Below, piece after piece: positions 58,528 through 64,000 of a stretch of 64,000 bases of DNA. The number at the start of each line of letters is the position of its first letter. The stretch's first letter is position 1. The DNA comes from Auanema rhodensis (taxonomy: Eukaryota > Animalia > Nematoda), in NCBI GenBank assembly GCA_964057225.1, contig OZ059899.1, positions 7,502,001-7,566,000 on the forward strand. The letters are read 5' to 3'. The notes beneath the pieces were generated by a model. It saw only the letters and a program-made list of their open reading frames with translations. It had not been told where the DNA came from and searched no databases. The position numbers and the translations under genes are program-made.

Positions 58528-60104
58528 TTATTCTTCTATTTCGCATTCAACTTCGTGGATAGCTAATGGTTCAGCGTAATCTTGACTTTGTCCAAAACAA
58601 TTCATTTCATTTTTCGAACTGCTGTGATTGGAGCTATCACTCGTTGAAGAGGAGCAACTCGACGTTCCTCTACTTCCACCTAAAAAGGAAATTGCTTCAT
58701 ATTAATATTTATAATCACTGCATGTGTAATCGGAGATGAACACATTATATATTCAAGCATCGCATAATTATTCGTATAAATACAGAAAGTAAAATTGAGT
58801 TGTATTTTGAAGAAAATTGTAGCTGAATCGGAAATACTGGTAAACTGATGTAGTTTCAATAAAACTAATATTATAAGAAATATTGAATATAATGAAGTGG
58901 ACCGTAATGTTCCATTACTGGATAAAAGACAAACCGTTGATACTGGAGGAGTTGGAACGCTGTTGCTCGCAACTGGTGTTGCTATTACTGCCGCTGCTGG
59001 CTGTAGAAGACTGGCGACGGGCTGCCCACCATTCAGACTTCCAACGCTGTCCTTTTTCCGACTGGAAGAAAAAATTAAATTATTCTTGTTAATTTAAAAA
59101 AATACTATTTTAACGTTAACCTACTTGTTCTGACCTGTAAGCTTTTGAAAATTTAGGAGTTTTGGGAACAATTCTGCGTTCCCACCCGAGAACAAAATGA
59201 CGAGACATAAGAAGAGTAATTGATGACCAAATTCCTAGCAGGCTCTGCCTTTCTAATGATGATAATGGTCCTTCCTTTCGTCTTGATGATATTACATCCG
59301 CTATTACCTGTAATGTTTTGGTTTTAGCAGTATAATACGACAAAAATACCTCTGGTAATAATTTAAAGAGAAGTTCAAAATTATCTGGACTAATATTTGG
59401 TACTATTGCTCTGTGTAGTCCTCCTATCTCTTGTACCGTCTCTAGAAAAGCAGTTTGAGTATCAGCAGGATCAGGATTAGGATCAGCGAATGTGGCAACT
59501 GCATCTGCGAGTGTCTGAAAGTTTGCAAATTACCAGTATATTTTGTTTATTTCATTTATTTTGAATATTTGTATTAGATTGTATATAGTTTCCTTTGATG
59601 CTTGCAAAGAGTTAAATAATTACTAATAGGCTATTTACTAGGTTCATAAAAAATGTTTCAAGCAAATAATTTCTCAGCCTACTGAGGAAAATTTAAGTTG
59701 ATACAAAAATTATGAGCTATTCATAAATTAATAACAAAAACGTATACGGTGAAAATACAACATATAACTATACAACTAATAAGAGAATATTTATAGTTTA
59801 GTTGAAAATCATTAACGTATAGGTGGCTTATGTTTCGGACCAGATTCCTGGTAAGAAAACAAACCCTTAGTGGGTATTGATGTATGCGTGGATTGCGGCT
59901 TTATCAATTATTCAATATATGCAAAATGACTTTGATAATCACAAAATTCAAATTCATATTCATTGAAAATAAACGATTTTAGCGGATATAACCAATCAGG
60001 ATATAAACATTTCCAGCGATGATTATATTTGCTAACGAAATCTATTCTGCGTTATAGTGGTTCAACTATAGTTATTCAATATACAAACAATTGTACGCAT
60101 TAAT

Positions 60105-60150
<46 letters not shown>

Positions 60151-60496
60151 ATTATATACAAATTTTAGAGTAAAACTTGCCTGTTCCAAAGAAAGCACGA
60201 TGCGCTTAATACGCTCATCTTTTCGCCAACCTTCGTCATCCACAGGTAAAGAAAAGAAAGTTTTTAATTGAGATCGATAACTGAATAGGCGTTCAAATGC
60301 TCGGAGCCCCATATCAAATAGACTAAATCGAATATATTCATATGACTTAAGATTATGGGTAACCTTGCAAAGTTATCCGGCCATGTTTGAAACATCAAGT
60401 CTAAATCCTTGCGGGAGGCTTTGAGAACCTCTGTCTAAAATTGATGTATAAAATAATATTTCAGCTGGTCGGGCGTACCGTTCCCAAATCGTTCAT
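58528..60496 (-). CDS. Divergent nematode globin with a low-complexity C-terminal extension
   Basis: DLDLMFQTWP (A helix); MGLRAFERLFSYRSQLKTFF (B/C, CD1 Phe); VQEIGGLHRA (F8 His); SPDNFELL (G); LLGIWSSI (H); tail ...VECEIEE*. Junctions in the tail are less certain. Confidence 0.8.
60107..60146. repeat. (AT)n microsatellite in a globin intron
   Basis: Read directly. Confidence 0.95.
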
Positions 60497-61160
60497 AGCC
60501 TATTGTAAACACTTCAATTTCCAATTTAGAACTTTATTAGCTGCCTCAAATGCAAGGTGATTAGACAGTGATTATTATTGAAATACAATTGGTAATATAT
60601 AGCATTTAATGAACAATAGAAAAAAGACCATTTAATTATTATTGAAGATATATAAGAAAAGGAATGCAGGAGATTAAGGTATCAGAAAAAAATTCAAAGA
60701 ATTGTTTACACAGATCCTGGCAAAGCTGAAATATATCGGTAAAGCCCGCATTTTCAGTTGACTAGTGTTGAAGAAGGCGGAGCGTTTCCAATTTTCGCTA
60801 TGGCAACCATTGTCAAGTATAATATGCTCCACTGTCATTATCAATCACATTCAACATTAGTACTAAAATTCTGTTCAAAGCAGAAATACGTACTAGAAAG
60901 CAGGAAACACGAGTTCGTGCGAAGGATGCAGGAACGAACTTAAAGTTATAACAAATCTCAAGATCACAAAGAAAGAGTAAGAAGATTCTAGATTTTAAAA
61001 ACTGCCATATTCGTGACAAAAAATTATTTACAAAATCAGTCAAGTGGACGCAAAATACAGAAATTAGTTCAAATGTGTTGCAAATATAGATTACCTCACA
61101 AGAAATGTTATTCATGTTTGTATAAATGGTTAGTAGATGATTGGGGTAAGACGCAGTAAT

Positions 61161-64000
61161 TTAGTAATCATCTTCATCATCTTCAGAAATGTCTGAATTG
61201 TGTCGTTTCCCTCTGCCTTTAGTATTTTTTTCAATAGCTTCAATTTTCTTTGTCACATCGTGAACAGCTTTTTTTCGTGCGCCCTGAAATAGATGTTAAA
61301 TAATCATTAAAATTTTATAATTTTATTACAGCTGTTGTGGTGTTGAACATTGATGTGCCTAGTCTACTTGTGTTATAAGATTGATTCTTTTGCTTGTTTA
61401 GATGATGCATATACCTCTGCTGTTCTTCCCTGCAACAATGAAAATAACAAATTATATACACACTCTAAAAACCTAGCTTCATCTGGAACCACTGATAGCC
61501 GTCGTGCAGAAGACCGACGCGCTGAGAAGTGCACATCGTCGTCAACTATTCCTTCCGGTACAAAAGCCAAACGATTTTTACCCTACGTATAAAAATATAA
61601 AACGAAATAATTGATTACAACATTACCACTCGCTTATTTTGAGTCACAACAACGGGAGTCTTTATGGCAGAAAGCAGAGAATCATTTGGATCAAATGTTG
61701 CTACATCAGGTATAGGAGCTTCAAAAGTAGCATTAAGAGCATCATCATTATTACGGAAAAAGTCATCTTCTTGCGATCCACCACCCATCATATATTGTCT
61801 AAATTTAGCACAACCAAAACGTAATTAGTAAATCATTACTATCTAACCTTCCTCTGCTCTCAGCTTGAACTTGATATGCAATAGTACCTTGCTTGGCAGT
61901 TACTTCAATGTATCCCGTTTTCGATGGCTCGGGTTCATCAGTAGGCTCCCATTTTAAACGCTTGATTGCGGCCTATAGAATAATTGTCATTAAAATACTA
62001 AAATGAACATAAACATTTTTAAATTACAAAATTACCTCTTGGCATTCCTCAGGAGTCCAAGCACCTCCTAGTGAACGAGCAACTTTTTCCCAATCGCTAT
62101 CGCGTCTGATTACGGTGGCAGCAAGAGCCAACTACAGCAAATTATTAATATATTGCTTTGATTAGGTTACCTTGAGTCTATCAATATCTGCCTTTTTCCA
62201 GCTATTTTTCTTTCTTTTATAGCCATGACCAAGTTCCTTGGGGTCATTCTCCTCTTGCTCTTCATTCGAACTTTCGTCACTAACTAAATCCGATGTTCGC
62301 TTCGATTGATGTTTGGCCTTCTTGCTCATTTTTTTTCTCGCTATAATAACAAAGTAAAGGTATTTTCTAACTGTGTAAATATACCTTTTATCATAGACAT
62401 TTCCCATTCTCCACCATCGTCGGATACTTCAGTTTCAGTACTTTCGTAATTGTTTTCAGTTCTACGAAGTCTCTCTTGTTCTTGCATTTCCAAAAAGTCA
62501 TCATCCAATTCCCGAGCTTTTTTCTTCTAAAAGTTTTATGAGTCATAGCTATGTCGACCTATAAGCAATACCTTCTCCTTATTTATTTTACTTCTACGAG
62601 TTGCTTCCATAGCTCTTCTCTCCATTTCTTCAAGGAATCGCTGCCTTTTCGCAAGCCTTTTCTTCTCTTTTCTAATAACGTCTTTTCTCATCTGTTCAAG
62701 TTCCAACAAAGAGTCATCTGAATCATCCGATTCAATCTAAACTTAATCTTCTTTTTTTCAATAAAGCAGGTAACCTACACATCGGCGCTTAGATTTAGTC
62801 TTTTTCTTAATTACGGGACTGTCTTCATAAGAAATCTCATTCAAAGTATTAATATATGGATCATTTTCGTCATCATCGCTAAGAGAGGAATCGCTATAGG
62901 TTACCTAAAGCATATATATATATGTAATCAACATTCCATCACAGGAACAAACCAAAGTCTTCCTCTTTCTTTTACGTGAACTATTTTCCACTGCTAAAAC
63001 TGCACCGCGTTGAGAATCTCTCTCGACCGCTCTAGATTGAGGTACTTTGAAACCATATGCACCAGCCACGTTATTCTAAAAATATTTATTAAACCAAAAT
63101 AGTATAACAATCTATATCTAACAATCTGTCCCGTGTGATTAGTATGAACAGTACGAGTAGAGACATCTTCTACCCCGACGGCTTCACCTTCGTTATTAAA
63201 ACGAACTCGTTGGCCAGCCCAATAAGCCAATGGTTCATGCACTAGTCGGCCACTAGAGGTACGTCGAACTTTATCTGTTAAAGAACTATCATAATGAAAG
63301 TATTTAATCAAACAAAACCATTGAAAGGCATTAGAGATGTGTTATGTTTTATTGGTTGACTGACGTTTCTTCGATCAGAACCAGCTTTAGACATCATAGT
63401 CTGATTACGCCAATGTGACTCATTGCCAGTATCTCTATATGGTTGATATGGCAAAGAAGAATCACTTTCAGGGTTATCATATCCATTCAAGCGGAATGAA
63501 ATGGTACTGAATAAAAAAAACAAAATGAGCTCTAAACTTTATAGAACTTACGAGTGAATTGATCGCAAATCATTTCTCCAAGAAACAGGAAATCCATTAA
63601 CGAATTTATCAACGATATCTTTAGGGTATCCGAGTTTAGCAGCTGCCTTTTCATGGATGACTCCTTGTACTGAGTACACCTTTCCATTATATGTTTGAAA
63701 CAATGTTTTATCTAATACTTTTAAAATAATGGATGTACACCATTCACCGTTATAATTCGACGATCTGAATACAATTCGTGTACAGACATAGAATATTACG
63801 CGACTCACAGATTCTTTCCAAATAAAACAAACGGAGGATAATCTTTTGTAGGAATTTGATCATTAGGTGGTACGAATGAGAAGCACCAATTTGACAAAAC
63901 AACAGCTTCGGAGCGTAAGCGATCTGAAACGAACTCAATGACATGAAAACAAACACTGTTTTCACACTTATTCGTGAATTTGGTTGATTGGCTTTAGGTA
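61161..64000 (-). CDS. knl-2: KNL-2/M18BP1 centromere licensing factor (5' end lies outside the window)
   Basis: SANTA domain (VVLSNWCF...EWCTSIILKVLDKTLFQTYNGKVYSVQG...DKFVNGFPVSW); CENP-C-like motif RTSSGRLVHEPLAYW; Myb/SANT (NSWKKADIDRLK|LAL...DWEKVARSLGGAWTPEECQE); EDDFF motif; ends ...SEDEDDY*. Confidence 0.9.

Noticed and set aside
58908-59061. Alternative terminal exon of the globin (SEKGQRWKSEWW...FIQ*)
   Set aside because: A phase-2 donor (TACAG|GTCAGA) gives a frame that continues into the last exon and explains all exons; alternative splicing cannot be shown without RNA data.
60497-61160. knl-2 and globin as an operon
   Set aside because: Same strand but ~660 bp apart, and I did not find the AATAAA/Ur/acceptor spacing seen after acly.

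Overview
AT-rich eukaryotic DNA, almost certainly from a nematode: introns are mostly 40-60 nt, acceptors are TTTCAG/TTTTAG, and wart, KNL-2 and dhs-25-like genes are present. I assembled all gene models by hand from splice signals; most short ORFs in the supplied track are exon fragments or repeat artefacts. Bases 1-28 kb hold two tandem minus-strand paralogues of a family I do not recognise: N-terminal membrane anchor, RxKR furin-type site, ~180-aa globular (possibly degenerate vWA) domain, then a mucin repeat array. One paralogue has a single ~19-kb exon of ~490 13-aa repeats (~6,600-aa protein). The other has a 19-aa repeat array and a recently duplicated C-terminal domain, joined by a linker built from its neighbour's repeat. 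The rest of the window carries a PP1-like phosphatase, a wrt-9-like wart gene, a 91-aa MGCC microprotein missed by the ORF track, ATP-citrate lyase in a probable operon with a LOTUS-Tudor gene, a Ly6/uPAR GPI protein, dhs-25, a divergent globin with a GC-AG intron, and most of KNL-2 with a clear CENP-C-like motif.
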